Shown: positions 40,677 to 52,756, numbered from the stretch's first letter. The stretch: DNA of 64,000 nt from Octopus sinensis (GCF_006345805.1 NC_043002.1:101928001-101992000); one strand, 5' to 3'. Made by a program: numbers and translations. The notes: generated from the letters alone by a model not told the origin.

Positions 40677-41493
40677 GTATATATTAATATTATATAGATG
40701 CGTGCTTATGCTTGTGCGTCAACTTCTAACTGCGATTGTGTGTGTCTGACTCTGCGTGTATAGTGTGGTGTGGTAAGTCGTGTGTATGTACATTTGTACT
40801 TTCTATAATTATAAGATTCTTCATATTTTATCTTTTGTGAAGCTTCCCTAAGACTATCAGATATTTATTTTATTATTTATTTGTTCGCGTAACTTGAAAT
40901 TTCATAACAACCTCTTATCAGGCTTGTCAGAAATGTAGACATCATTTTATTTCAAAATAACTTCGCCTTCATATTTTTTTGTAATCTTGACATCTCAATT
41001 ATCTTCCTTTCCCGTATCATTTGCTTCATACGAGTATATTATTTTCTCTTAACTTCAGTTACTTTGTTGTCTCTGGTTCAAACTTGACAAAAGTTACTAA
41101 AAGTATATTAATATATTTCAAAACTCAGCAAGTATATCTTCTCAGTTTATACATTACTTTATTACGGATTACCCGGAAAGCACCCATAATTTGCCATAGA
41201 ACCACCCACCTACACCGATTTTACTTCTTGTAGTTTATTTCCTATTTGTATGTTTCTTTATCTTTTCTCTGTTTTTTTCATTGCTTTTGCATTTTGTTTT
41301 CTTACTCTGTTTTCAGTTTTTCCTTCGCTATTTTTCTTTATTATTTCTTTTTACATCCTAACTTCTCGTCGCTAGCGTTTATGTTAGCAACAATTTTACT
41401 ATTGGTATTTTTAACTAAATAAATGATATGTTAGTGTAATCAAATGGTGAGCCTGTAAGAAAGTAGTGTATACATGTATTTACAAGGCTATAT

Positions 41494-41566
<73 letters not shown>

Positions 41567-42471
41567 CACAAACACACACTCACATTATAAAGTTACATAC
41601 GTATCTATGCTTGCATACATACGTACTTCCAAACATTCTTGCATACATTCATATATATATATATATAAACATATGTGTGTGTGTTTGTGTCTTTGAAGAT
41701 GTAGGCACCATATTCGCCTTAGAAAGGAAATTCGACTATGCTACATTATAATTATTTAGAGTCTGTATGAAGATAATTATACCCTGAACTGTAGCTCCGG
41801 TAGGGAGATATCTAAGAACCCGTATATTCCACCAAAAAGTACACACAACAAAATAATGCAAACCAAATAACACTCCCTTCCTCTCGAACACTAACATCGA
41901 AGAGAAATATTCCTATGGAAATCCAATTTCACATAAGTGGAGAATTGTCTTCACCATCGGCTTGGCGGACACCATGGGGATTTCGACACTCAAGGCAATT
42001 TTATTATGTTTAATGATGTTAAACTATCTTTGAAAAATTGAAACCTGTTTGGCAATATTCAAATCAAATGTGTGCACTTGGTCCGCAAATAATGAACATA
42101 TATAAACTCAATAGTAAAGCATATAAATAATAATTTGATATAAATGCAATTTGAGTAATAAACAATATTCCGAAGCCATATAATAACCGACTCACAAATA
42201 GGCAACAAAAACTTAGATTTATAAAGATAAATAAGAAGATTAAAAGTCAAAATTATAAGTTGTAAAATAATTTCAGAAATAAATTGCTTTTTAGTAAATA
42301 TATTAATAAAACCATAACTTGCTCCACAGAGTGGCATGCAACGGGCCTAGACCGCCAACTTGAAATCATAGCCATTACTCTATGAAAGCCATTGTTTTCA
42401 CGTACTAAAACGCGGAGAAAGACTGAATCGTACCACTGGCCACAACTCGTATAGGCAAATTAAGGCAGAGA

Positions 42472-42970
42472 GCAGAGGTCTTATGATATTCATAAGATCT
42501 GGTCATCAAATCTAATTAGAGATTTCAAACTTAAAACTTTCAAAGCCACAGTCGAACCAATTCTACTATATGTCTCAGAAACCTGGACGTTATCAAAGAA
42601 GCTTGAGAGGCGGTTGGATGGAACTTACACACGCCTCCTTATGAGAGCTCAAAATCTCTTGTGGAAGCGTCATCCAACCAAAGTACAAATATATGGGAAA
42701 TTACCACCTGTATCATCTTTTGTGAAAGGTAGAAGAGTCCAGTTTGCTGGACATTGTTGTAGCGCTGAAAACGAAGTAATTTCTACTCTTCTCCTCTGGA
42801 AGCCATCTGCTTGCGATACCAGAGGGCCCACCCTCTCCTACCCTGATGTAATCTCCAGGGATGCAGGCATCCAGCAACAAGACCTCCGTAATGCTATGAT
42901 GGACCGTGAAGTCTGGCGTAACATAGTAAATTCCATTGTCTTGACCACGATCGAACAATAATGATGATGA
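42472..42970 (+). mobile_element. RTE-clade LINE 3' end with (TGA)n tail
   Basis: KIWSS..FKATVEPILLY.SETWTLSKKLERRLDGTYTRLLM...RRVQFAGHC...DREVWR, then a stop and taatgatgatga. Confidence 0.88.
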
Positions 42971-43654
42971 GAGGTTTCCCTCTTTACGTTAATGGAAACA
43001 GGCACATGACTACTACACACTTAGGGCTAATCCAAAGAACTCAAACAAACATGGTAATCAATAAACCAGCGTGACTTAGATTAAATCAATGATTATTCTT
43101 TTCCGTGCTTCATAGCTGCAACTCTGTCGAAAATTTGATGTAATTCCATCGACTCTGGTAAAAACGACCTCTGCGAAATTTGAACTCAGAACGTAAATAC
43201 TGACGAAATGCCTCTAAGCATTTCACCCGACATGGTTACAATATTACCAAATATCATTATGTAAGTTGAGACTACAAATAAAGTGCCGTATTTAGCATTA
43301 AATATCTGCAAAATCAGACATCTTATGAAGTTAGTAGCATTCCGAAACAATAAATCATTTTCTGTTAGTTATTTTCCGAGAGTTACTATTTGCGCTGTAA
43401 TCTTACCAACTAGCTGGACCCGTGAAAACTTAAGAAAAAACATAAAAAATGTAAGTATCTGTGTGTTGGTGCCATGAGAAAAGGTTCTATACTGTGACAC
43501 AGAATAGAGAAAGAAGTGTAAAACCAATAACTATATAATCCCACCAAAATATCTCACGCAAACATAAGCATAATTACAATTTAGCCTTAAAACACATCGT
43601 ACATGTTCAAAGAACCTTCTTGGTTTACTGCTACGGAATGTTCTTCTGGTATTC

Positions 43655-44215
43655 TTTTATTCTTTTACTTGTTTCAGTCATTTGATGGTGGCCATGCTGG
43701 AGCACAGCCCTTTAGTCGAAGAAATTGACCCCTGGAGTTATTCCCTGTAAGCCTGGTGCTTATTCTATCTGAAAAAAAAATGAGTTGTTTCTGTAACTGA
43801 AAAGGACCAGCCTTGTCATATTCTATGTGTGGTTGAATCTCTCGGAGAATTACTTCATGGTATGCATGTCTGTGCAGTACTCAGCCGCGTGCGCGTTAAT
43901 TTAGCGTTTTACCCATGAGAATGGTTTCGTTCTCTTTCACTATTATTTTCTATCCATTCCCTTCCTTCGCTCAGCCGATCTCTCTGTGTAACTTCCCCTA
44001 TCTCCCCTCTCACTCCTCTATGTCTTCTTGCCATTAACCGTCCTCCTGCGTTTAATTTAGTCGAAGAAATCGACCCGGGACATATTCCCTGTAAGCCTGG
44101 AGCTTAATCTATCAGAGTCTTTTGCCGAACTGCTAATTTACGGACACGCAAACACACCAACATCGGTTGTCAAGCGATGATGGTGGAGGGGGTAACAAAC
44201 ACACACACACATACG
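43655..44215 (-). mobile_element. Cluster of SINE fragments (two CORE-like tails plus a piece of the Arg-type SINE tail)
   Basis: ttttacttgtttcagtca...gtggccatgctggagcac at 43660; ttagtcgaagaaatcgacc...gtcaagcgatg at 44055-44180; gcatgtctgtgcagtactcagcc at about 43865. Confidence 0.6.
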
Positions 44216-44399
44216 TACGTACAAAGGCAAAACGTTACTGTATTAATATCATTGGTCATAATCTACTTGATGTGAACTATCAGCAAAAGACATTGTTGCT
44301 AGTTGAAACTCGCTATTACTCTTGTCCTCAGAAATAACTATAAATTCGTTATATATCTCAACTGAAACGTCCAGAGAATTAAATTCTTAATATCTTTAC

Positions 44400-45900
44400 C
44401 CCTCATTCGAGCCTCCAGTTCCCTGGCGAAAAATTTAAATAATCGATATTCAAAGAAGCCTTCAATTTGGAAAGAAAATAAATATCGCTGATATATCAAC
44501 AACAGTCTCTCTGCTATATCATTAGATGTAATTTCTTACTCTTTATAAGTTTTAAAGAAATTGAAGATGCTAAACATAATCTGGCTTACAAAACACTAAA
44601 TATTCACCATCAAACCAGCTGCCATTGGAATGCCTCTGACTTGTCAGAATATTTTACGAAGTATTATCTAAAGCAAAATTAATTAACTCTGATAAATCTT
44701 GATATTTGTAAATGCATTTTGCATTATATCTGATATAGATCCCTTTGTATTCTTATTTGAATACATTTAAATTTCCATCGGAACAGTGAATGCATTAATT
44801 TATATATTTCTTCTTATATCAATCATAAACCACCATTATTACATGGTGTTTTAAAATGATACCCGTGTATCCCCTTAATTACTCTCATATCTCACATGAT
44901 ACCCGAAATTTCCTTGTTATACCATTTACTCTATATTCATCTAACCACGGAATTTCTGTAAGTCGATTTACTATATCAAAGAAAACTTACCTAATAACAC
45001 TAAATTCTCCGTTAACTAAGATCACTATCTGTTTATTAGTGCTTTTCTTTGATCCAGCTATAAACTTGATTAATAATGTATGTCTTCTAACGTGTGTATC
45101 TAAAAAGAAATACAATGATATTTTTTTCCACATAACTGGCATCACTTCTTCAGTTTTCTTAATTTCTCCATTAATATCTCGTCCTCGTCTGTAACTAATT
45201 CATATGTAACATTACGACAGAAATCGTGACGTGTTCTCACTTCCAATTACTTGACACATAAACAGTGTTTTTGATATGCAGTAACTAAATAAACATCCCC
45301 TTATTTAATATATTCCCTACTCGGATAGCACAGGCATTGCCTAACTTCTTTTTACCCTGGCTAAATCCTTTATGACAGCTGGATACAGCTTTCCCATTCT
45401 TTCTTTCATAACATTATTAACATTAAATCCATTCTTGCTTTGATCCTATATTTTACACCATGTTTATCTGCAATGCTTTCTACTGATTTTTATACGAAAC
45501 ATCCTAGCCTAAATTTACTAATCTTTTCAGACGCCTTATCTTTTGTCATTTTCGCTTTGCTTTCATCTTTAGGGAACACATTTTAAGTTCCCTCTATGAT
45601 GACGCCCATATTGCTCGTATTAAAATCTAGAAATGTCACGATCACATAACCATCGACAAATCTTAGAATGATTCTTATCTAGTCTAGAAATGCATTTATT
45701 GTAATTCAGTAATATTCTAACAACATTTAGTAGAAACATAACGTACTCAAAATTTCCGTTCTTGAACTTGTCCTGTAAAACAATGCTCAATTCCCAATTA
45801 TTAAAAAATCCGTTTAAATATTAAAAAACCCCCAACTTATTGGTTTATTAACAAAGAGTACAGTTATAAATTCCTTTTCGACTTTCTTTACATTTTTTCC
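44400..45900 (-). mobile_element. Highly decayed Penelope-like RT/EN debris
   Basis: Minus-strand remnants QVRGIPMA (about 44620), YISDIYF (about 44495), LRFVD..TFLDF (about 45640) and DVYLVT (about 45290), with many stops. Confidence 0.45.
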
Positions 45901-46479
45901 ATCTTTTATTAAACAACAGCAAGTGTAACATCTGCAATATTAATATTGCAAACGTTCTGTCATGTTATTGTTTAGTGTCCTAAACGAATTGGATCTCAGC
46001 GTAAATATATCGTCCCTTCAGTAAATAATCCATTAATCTTCTTCCATATTTCCTGCAAATCTTTATGAACATTTTTTTTTTATCACTTCCCTTCTCTGAT
46101 CATGAATTCGTCGTTTTCTAATAATTGATCCTGAAAAATAAATCGCATTCTTCTTGACTTTGCATAAAATCCTTCCTTCGCCCATAAAATTATTATTAAA
46201 GCCCAAAGGGAATTTGTACTGCAAAACACTTGATCAATAATCCATTATTTTTCCTGAAATATTCAGAAATATACCGAAACCTTTCTAATTTATCAACCCA
46301 CCTATGCCTAATGAGACGATAAACCTTGAGTAGTTACACCAACGAAACATGCATTGTCCATAAAGTCAGTGCTACACTCCTGGATATAGAGCTAAGTGAT
46401 AAACTACTATTTAAAGTATCTTTATTTACATGACATTAAAACGTCCTTTTGAAATAGCAAATTTGTCCGAGAATTACAT

Positions 46480-46595
46480 TCAGGGTACACGTGTCTGTGG
46501 AATGCTCCGCCCCTTGCACGTTAATTTGATGAGCAGGCTGTTCCATTGATTGGGTCACCTGGAACGCTCGTCGTCGCAACGGACAGAGTTCCACA
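46480..46595 (+). mobile_element. 3' tail fragment of the Arg-type SINE
   Basis: cagggtacacgtgtctgtggaatgctc...ctggaacgctcgtcgtcgcaacgg matches 59495-59600. Confidence 0.65.
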
Positions 46596-46616
46596 GCTAT
46601 ACATAAAACTAAGACG

Positions 46617-46652
<36 letters not shown>

Positions 46653-47599
46653 TGTGTGTTTGCGTGCGTGCATTTGTGTATATATGTGTATGTATAAAAT
46701 GGGAATTTGAATTCCTTATAACTTACAGATTTGTTCAGGTTTGTCGGACGCGCCACACATTGACTCGATATGCTAGAAATAAAAGCTAAATTCTCCTTCA
46801 AATAACCCCACTCATAATATCTCAGATAATGTAGTTCTAGATACACTATGTTTGAATAAATTTTGTATGGTCACGGATGGAATACCTCGGTCATAAATCT
46901 CACCGATTGCAGCTAATTTGTGATTTAACAACATCAAAAACTATCGCAGATGATTTTAGTTTAGCCAGTTCTTCTTACATGATTAGTAAAGCCTCGTTTT
47001 ACTATACGACAGACGTCTTGGTCAGCAGGTTCGGTAACTAAATTATTATAGTTTGACCGATCAAGAGTTCACAGCATTTATAATGATGAGAGTGATAAGC
47101 CGTGCCTGGATATGTCGGGCGGATTACATGGCACAAAATACATTCTTCCTACTTTCTCGCCATTTTAGGTATCACGAAACGAAGCTGGAAAGCTTTTGAT
47201 TATAAGATTGTTCCTTTATTGTTGATTAAATCATTAAAAAACACCCCAGATTATTCGTTAGACATATTAATATCATGGACACTGTATCTTATCAAACGAT
47301 TTGTTAACCCAAACGATAAACATCGTTATTAACGTTGAAACGCCAAAAGATCAGTCACATTACCTGCTGTGTAATGTTTTAAATTAAATAAAATTTAATT
47401 AATTTTTATTTCGTAGAGTGTCTCTTGCTATGATAATAAATCATTAGGACATAATAAATCATTGAGATAATGACTATTTCTCATCATTAAGGGTGTAATT
47501 TTTAATTAATCAATGTCTTTGTCCACTACATTACGTACGCTAGTGCTGACCTTCCAACTAATAAACTCGACAGGCCACACAAACATCATATTATACAAA

Positions 47600-47990
47600 C
47601 AGCCACATATGGTTTTAATTAAACATGCTGTACTGACGCCAAATACAGGATGTCGATTTATTATACAAGCTTCACTTATACCAAATACTTCAAACAGAAA
47701 CACAAGGGTTTAATTATACTTTCTACACTAACACGAAATACTGCAATCTTCTACGCAAAGTGGGTAATTAACTAGGTTTCACTAATAGAAAATGCAGTAA
47801 ACAGCGACGTTTGGTTTTAATTAATCTGGCTGTAATAATACCAACAACTGCAAACAACTGACTTGAATGGGACTACATTTGTTTCAATAACAGTAAATGC
47901 TGCAAACAGCGATACGTGAGTTTAATTACACTTGCTGCTTCAATGACAAATATTGCCAGCACGATAAACACGGGTTAAGTTGAATTATTT
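47600..47990. repeat. Degenerate minisatellite of about 53 bp, 7-8 units
   Basis: The motif caaacagcg...ggttttaatta recurs. ttaatta-like anchors lie at about 47710, 47764, 47817, 47870, 47922 and 47975. Confidence 0.55.
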
Positions 47991-48217
47991 ACTTATCATT
48001 CTCACATTTCGCAAATGAGAGACAAGTGTAACAAATATCACGACGGTTGGTTAACCGTGTCATAGTAAAATACTTTTTTCCTTTCTTTGTAAAATACCCA
48101 ACGAAGTGGAGGTTTCGATGTACCAAAATTTCTTCTCTGTTAAAAAGGACGAGAGTGTTTCAGATGTTGCCATGTATGTGATATTCAAAATCGATCTCAA
48201 GTGTGATGTTATGAGCA

Positions 48218-48599
48218 TACTCTTTTACTCTTTTACTTGTTTCAGTCATTTCACTGTGGCCATGCTGGAGCACGGCTTTTAGTCGAGCAAATCGACCCCA
48301 GGACTTATTCTTTGTAAGCCTAGTACTTATTCTATCGGTCTCTTTTGCCGAACCGCTAAGTTACGGGGACGTAAACACACCAGCATCGGTTGTCAAGCGA
48401 TGTTGGGGGGACAAACACAGACACACATACATATATATATAAATACATATATCCGACGGGCTTCTTTCAGTTTCCGTCTACCAAATCCACTCACAAGGCT
48501 ATAGTAGAAGGCAATCGCCCAAGGTGCCACGCAGTGGGACTGAACCCGGAACCATGTGGTTGTTAAACAAGCTATTTACCACACAGCTACTCCTACGCC
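48218..48599 (-). mobile_element. CORE-like tRNA SINE, near full length
   Basis: Same family as 29910-30328, with a small internal deletion. Confidence 0.9.
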
Positions 48600-49093
48600 A
48601 TATGCAATATTTTTCGTGATTGCAGTATATCATAGTCAAACGTACAAGGAAAAGTGTCGAACTACGGATAGTCGTTATGACAATGTATGATTGGGGAAAG
48701 TTTTCCAAATAGAACTGAGACTTAATGACATATTGACTGAAAAAAAAAAATAATAGTGGCATCTCAAGGCGTCTACAGTACCAGTGATTGTAGGGTCTCT
48801 AGGAATGATAAAAAAAAAAGGTACTGAAACCTATTTGAAAATGATACCAGACTTACCATCCCTACAGGAAGTGCAAAAAATCGTGTTCACTGGAACGAGT
48901 CATGTACTAAGAAGAGCATTATCGCTGTGAAAACAACATCCATTCATGAATTTATTTGTTTATTAATTTTTAAATATATATTTTACCTGTGAATTTGCGT
49001 GTGTAATCTGGGAATGCATACAATGAGCTTCTCAGCCCTAGGTGTACGGAAAACACTCGGCGAGAAACGGAAGAAAATTTGAAGAAAGAAGGA

Positions 49094-49128
<35 letters not shown>

Positions 49129-49298
49129 AAATAATAATAAGGGCGCTGCATGACTGCGGAACATTCATTAACGGGAAGAGAAGTTTATTATTAAATATTA
49201 TCTGGTGGCAGAAATTATCCCTTTTTCATGCATACATCTATCTATAATAAGATGTATGTGCCCTTTCTATATGAAAGTATAAAGGTGTACATATCTAT

Positions 49299-49715
49299 AA
49301 TCAAAATAAGCAACAGGATGTCAAATGGTGATGCAGTATGACAGTTTCAAGCGAATCCAATTAATTGAACAATGCAATCGTTACATCAGTTTGGGGTCAT
49401 AGTGTTGTAAGAGATTGCAATTACAATCCCTTACAACACAATGACCTCACTACACCTCATGCAATTCTTAGAACTGCAGTCTATTCTTAGCTAAAAACAG
49501 CGACAACATGAATTTCTTCAATTTTGTTGATCTGTTAAAATACTTGAGAAAATCGTATTAATGTGTCCTACTTGTTAAAATTCTATCTATTTATTCCTAC
49601 AACTAAAGATGGCACTGCATTTAAATTGATGTTACGATTGCAACGTTGAATTAAATGGTGCCGCTTGAAACGGTTGTACTGCATCACTACTTCATATCCC
49701 GATGCTTATTTTGAC
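49299..49715. mobile_element. MITE-like element with about 97-bp imperfect inverted arms
   Basis: tcaaaataagca...gtgatgcagta...tttcaagcg...tgcaatcgttacatca is mirrored at 49618-49715. An internal hairpin lies at 49394-49447. Confidence 0.65.
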
Positions 49716-50158
49716 GTTATTAACCTTACATCGAGCAGTGCGGATAATACCGCACTGTCTTGGCGCTTCAACTTAAGTACTTAGTTCAAGTGAATCTCGA
49801 ATATATATATATATATTTGGCGAAACTGCAGTATAAGAAAAGTTAAGTTTGTAAAAGTTTTTAAATCTCATCTCACGAAATTTATCCAGCTATTGTGTAT
49901 CTAGTACACTCTTCGCCTTGAATGTAATGATATATGTATAATATATGGCGTGTACTGGTACACCGGCGATTATAATTAATTTTATTGTATCGCATTTATC
50001 TTTGTTTACATATTCTCTCGATAAATTTCTGACCGTTAGACGATATACCCAATCCCCTATTTTGTCGGGTTTGTTCGGAGTCTGCGCAGTGTTTTGAATA
50101 GTTTAGAAAGAGCATTTCGATAGAAGCACATGGATCTATTGGTATGGTCTTTCCATCA

Positions 50159-50248
50159 TTAACAGGAATCTTACTGATGAGCCAGCCTGGGTAATAAATA
50201 CTATTTTTATTACTAAATTTGGCGAAACTGCAGTATAAGAAAAGTTAA
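50159..50248 (+). ncRNA. Type I hammerhead ribozyme, array copy 1
   Basis: UUAAC-aggaa-UCUUA CUGAUGA GCCA[35 nt]UGGC GAAA C(UGCA)G UA^UAAGA-aaa-GUUAA. Predicted cleavage is after 50235. Confidence 0.9.
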
Positions 50249-50560
50249 GTTTGTAAAAGTTTTTAAATCTCATCTCACGAAATTATCCAGCTATTGTGTA
50301 TCTAGTACACTCTTCGCCTTGAATGTAATGATATATGTATAATATATGGCGTGTACTGGTACACCGGCGATTATAATTAATTTTATTGTATCGCATTTAT
50401 CTTTGTTTACATATTCTCTCGATAAATTTCTGACCGTTAGACGATATACCACAATCCCCTATTTTGTCGGGTTTGTTCGGAGTCTGCGCAGTGTTTTGAA
50501 TAGTTTAGAAAGAGCATTTCGATAGAAGCACATGGATCTATTGGTATGGTCTTTCCATCA

Positions 50561-50651
50561 TTAACAGGAATCTTACTGATGAGCCAGCCTGGGTAAATAA
50601 ATACTATTTTTATTACTAAATTTGGCGAAACTGCAGTATAAGAAAAGTTAA
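50561..50651 (+). ncRNA. Type I hammerhead ribozyme, array copy 2
   Basis: Core and stems identical to copy 1. Predicted cleavage is after 50638. Confidence 0.9.
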
Positions 50652-50964
50652 GTTTGTAAAAGTTTTTAAATCTCATCTCACGAAATTTATCCAGCTATTG
50701 TGTATCTAGTACACTCTTCGCCTTGAATGTAATGATATATGTATAATATATGGCGTGTACTGGTACACCGGCGATTATAATTAATTTTATTGTATCGCAT
50801 TTATCTTTGTTTACATATTCTCTCGATAAATTTCTGACCGTTAGACGATATACCACAATCCCCTATTTTGTCGGGTTTGTTCGGAGTCTGCGCAGTGTTT
50901 TGAATAGTTTAGAAAGAGCATTTCGATAGAAGCACATGGATCTATTGGTATGGTCTTTCCATCA

Positions 50965-51056
50965 TTAACAGGAATCTTACTGATGAGCCAGCCTGGGTAA
51001 ATAAATACTATTTTTATTACTAAATTTGGCGAAACTGCAGTAAATAGAAAAGTTAA
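50965..51056 (+). ncRNA. Type I hammerhead ribozyme, array copy 3 (stem I disturbed)
   Basis: The core is intact, but GUA is followed by AAUAGA instead of UAAGA. This may be a read error. Confidence 0.65.
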
Positions 51057-51371
51057 GTTTGTAAAAGTTTTTAAATCTCATCTCACGAAATTTATCCAGC
51101 TATTGTGTATCTAGTACACTCTTCGCCTTGAATGTAATGATATATGTATAATATATATGGCGTGTACTGGTACCCGGCGATTATAATTAATTTTATTGTA
51201 TCGCATTTATCTTTGTTTACATATTCTCTCTCGATAATTTCTGACCGTTAGACGATATACCACACATCCCCTATTTTGTCGGGTTTGTTCGGAGTCTGCG
51301 CAGTGTTTTGAATAGTTTAGAAAGAGCATTTCGTAGAAGCACATGGATCTATTGGTATGGTCTTTCCATCA

Positions 51372-51459
51372 TTAACAGGATCTTACTGATGAGCCAGCCT
51401 GGTAATAAATACTATTTTTATTACTAAATTTGGCGAAACTGCAGTATAAGAAAAGTTAA
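51372..51459 (+). ncRNA. Type I hammerhead ribozyme, array copy 4
   Basis: Core and stems intact. Predicted cleavage is after 51446. Confidence 0.9.
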
Positions 51460-52756
51460 GTTTGTAAAAGTTTTTAAATCTCATCTCACGAAATTTATCC
51501 AGCTATTGTGTATCTAGTACACTCTTCGCCTTGAATGTAATGATATATGTATAATATATGGCGTGTACTGGTACACCGGCGATTATAATTAATTTTTGTA
51601 TCGCATTTATCGTTGTTATAATATATTATATATATATATATATATTATATATATATATAATATATATATAAATATAATATATATATATATAAATTTATAC
51701 GTTTATATTTATCAAAACATAGATTCGTTGTATCTATATGAATACATGTGTGTTTGTATGTAATGTACGCAAATTTGTATAGTTAGGGAGATAGTCAGCT
51801 TGATAAATATTCCTACGGAGGTTTGTATATATGTATACATATATGTAGGTATAAAAGCATTCTGTCGATCGATACGGAGGGTGTGAAAGTAACTGAGGGC
51901 TAGGAAAGTTCCTCTGGCTAATTATCGGATATTATAACTACATTCGTCGAAAGGTTATTTGGTGCAGCTGAAACGTGAAAAGAAAATAAACGCATCGTTA
52001 TTAATACTATATATACATCCTTAACTATCTATCTATATGTATATGTTTATGTTTATGTATATATACATATATATGTGTATTATATATATGTATGTATATG
52101 TATATATACGTATATATATATATATGTATATATACGTATATATGTATATAAATGCATATATGTATGCGTTATGCATATATATATATGTGTGTATATATAT
52201 ATATATTTGTGTGTGTGTGTGTGTATGTATATATGTATGTATGTATGTATAAATGTTTTTACAAACATGTATCAACATCACATGTACATACACACACCGA
52301 AAAATACACACACATGTATGTATATCGGCAATTTTACCATGAAAACGATTGATCATTGTTAAAGGGCAGAGATTTACAATCTGTATATATGTTTATGCAT
52401 ATTTTCGACTATTTATTTTTATCAGTCATTAAGTGGAAAAGTATATACATACACAAGATCAAATATATACACACTCATATTTATTTATCTATACATATCT
52501 AAGTTTGCCCGTTACTGAGGCTGTGTGAGTATATCTATTTATGCACACATATACACCCAGGCATATGTATGTGCGTATGTAAGTACGTACGTATGTATGG
52601 ATAGTTAGATAGGTAGATAAATAGATAAATAGATAGAGAAACTGATAGAATGAGAAATAGAGAGACATGGAAATAGATATAGAGATAGTTAGACAGATAT
52701 ATTATAGATCATTAGCTCCTACACGCATTTTTTCTCTCCTTGTTTTTTTCTGTGTA

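Larger units (their letters stand above)
49816..51611 (+). mobile_element. Tandem array of 402-404 bp hammerhead-bearing units (retrozyme-like), about 4.5 copies
   Basis: tttggcgaaactgcagt starts at 49816, 50218, 50621, 51025 and 51429. Units differ mostly by 1-2 bp indels. (TA)n lies on both flanks, and a hammerhead spans each junction. Confidence 0.93.

Noticed and set aside
50437-50676. 79-aa minus-strand ORF across one array unit
   Set aside because: The frame is broken by indels in neighbouring units and I recognise no protein motif. It could be revisited if accurate reads show identical units.
49816-51611. Array as CRISPR, or as carrying a minus-strand ribozyme
   Set aside because: There are no unique spacers and the context is eukaryotic. 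The minus strand gives AUGAUGG...CGAAA, not a CUGANGA core.
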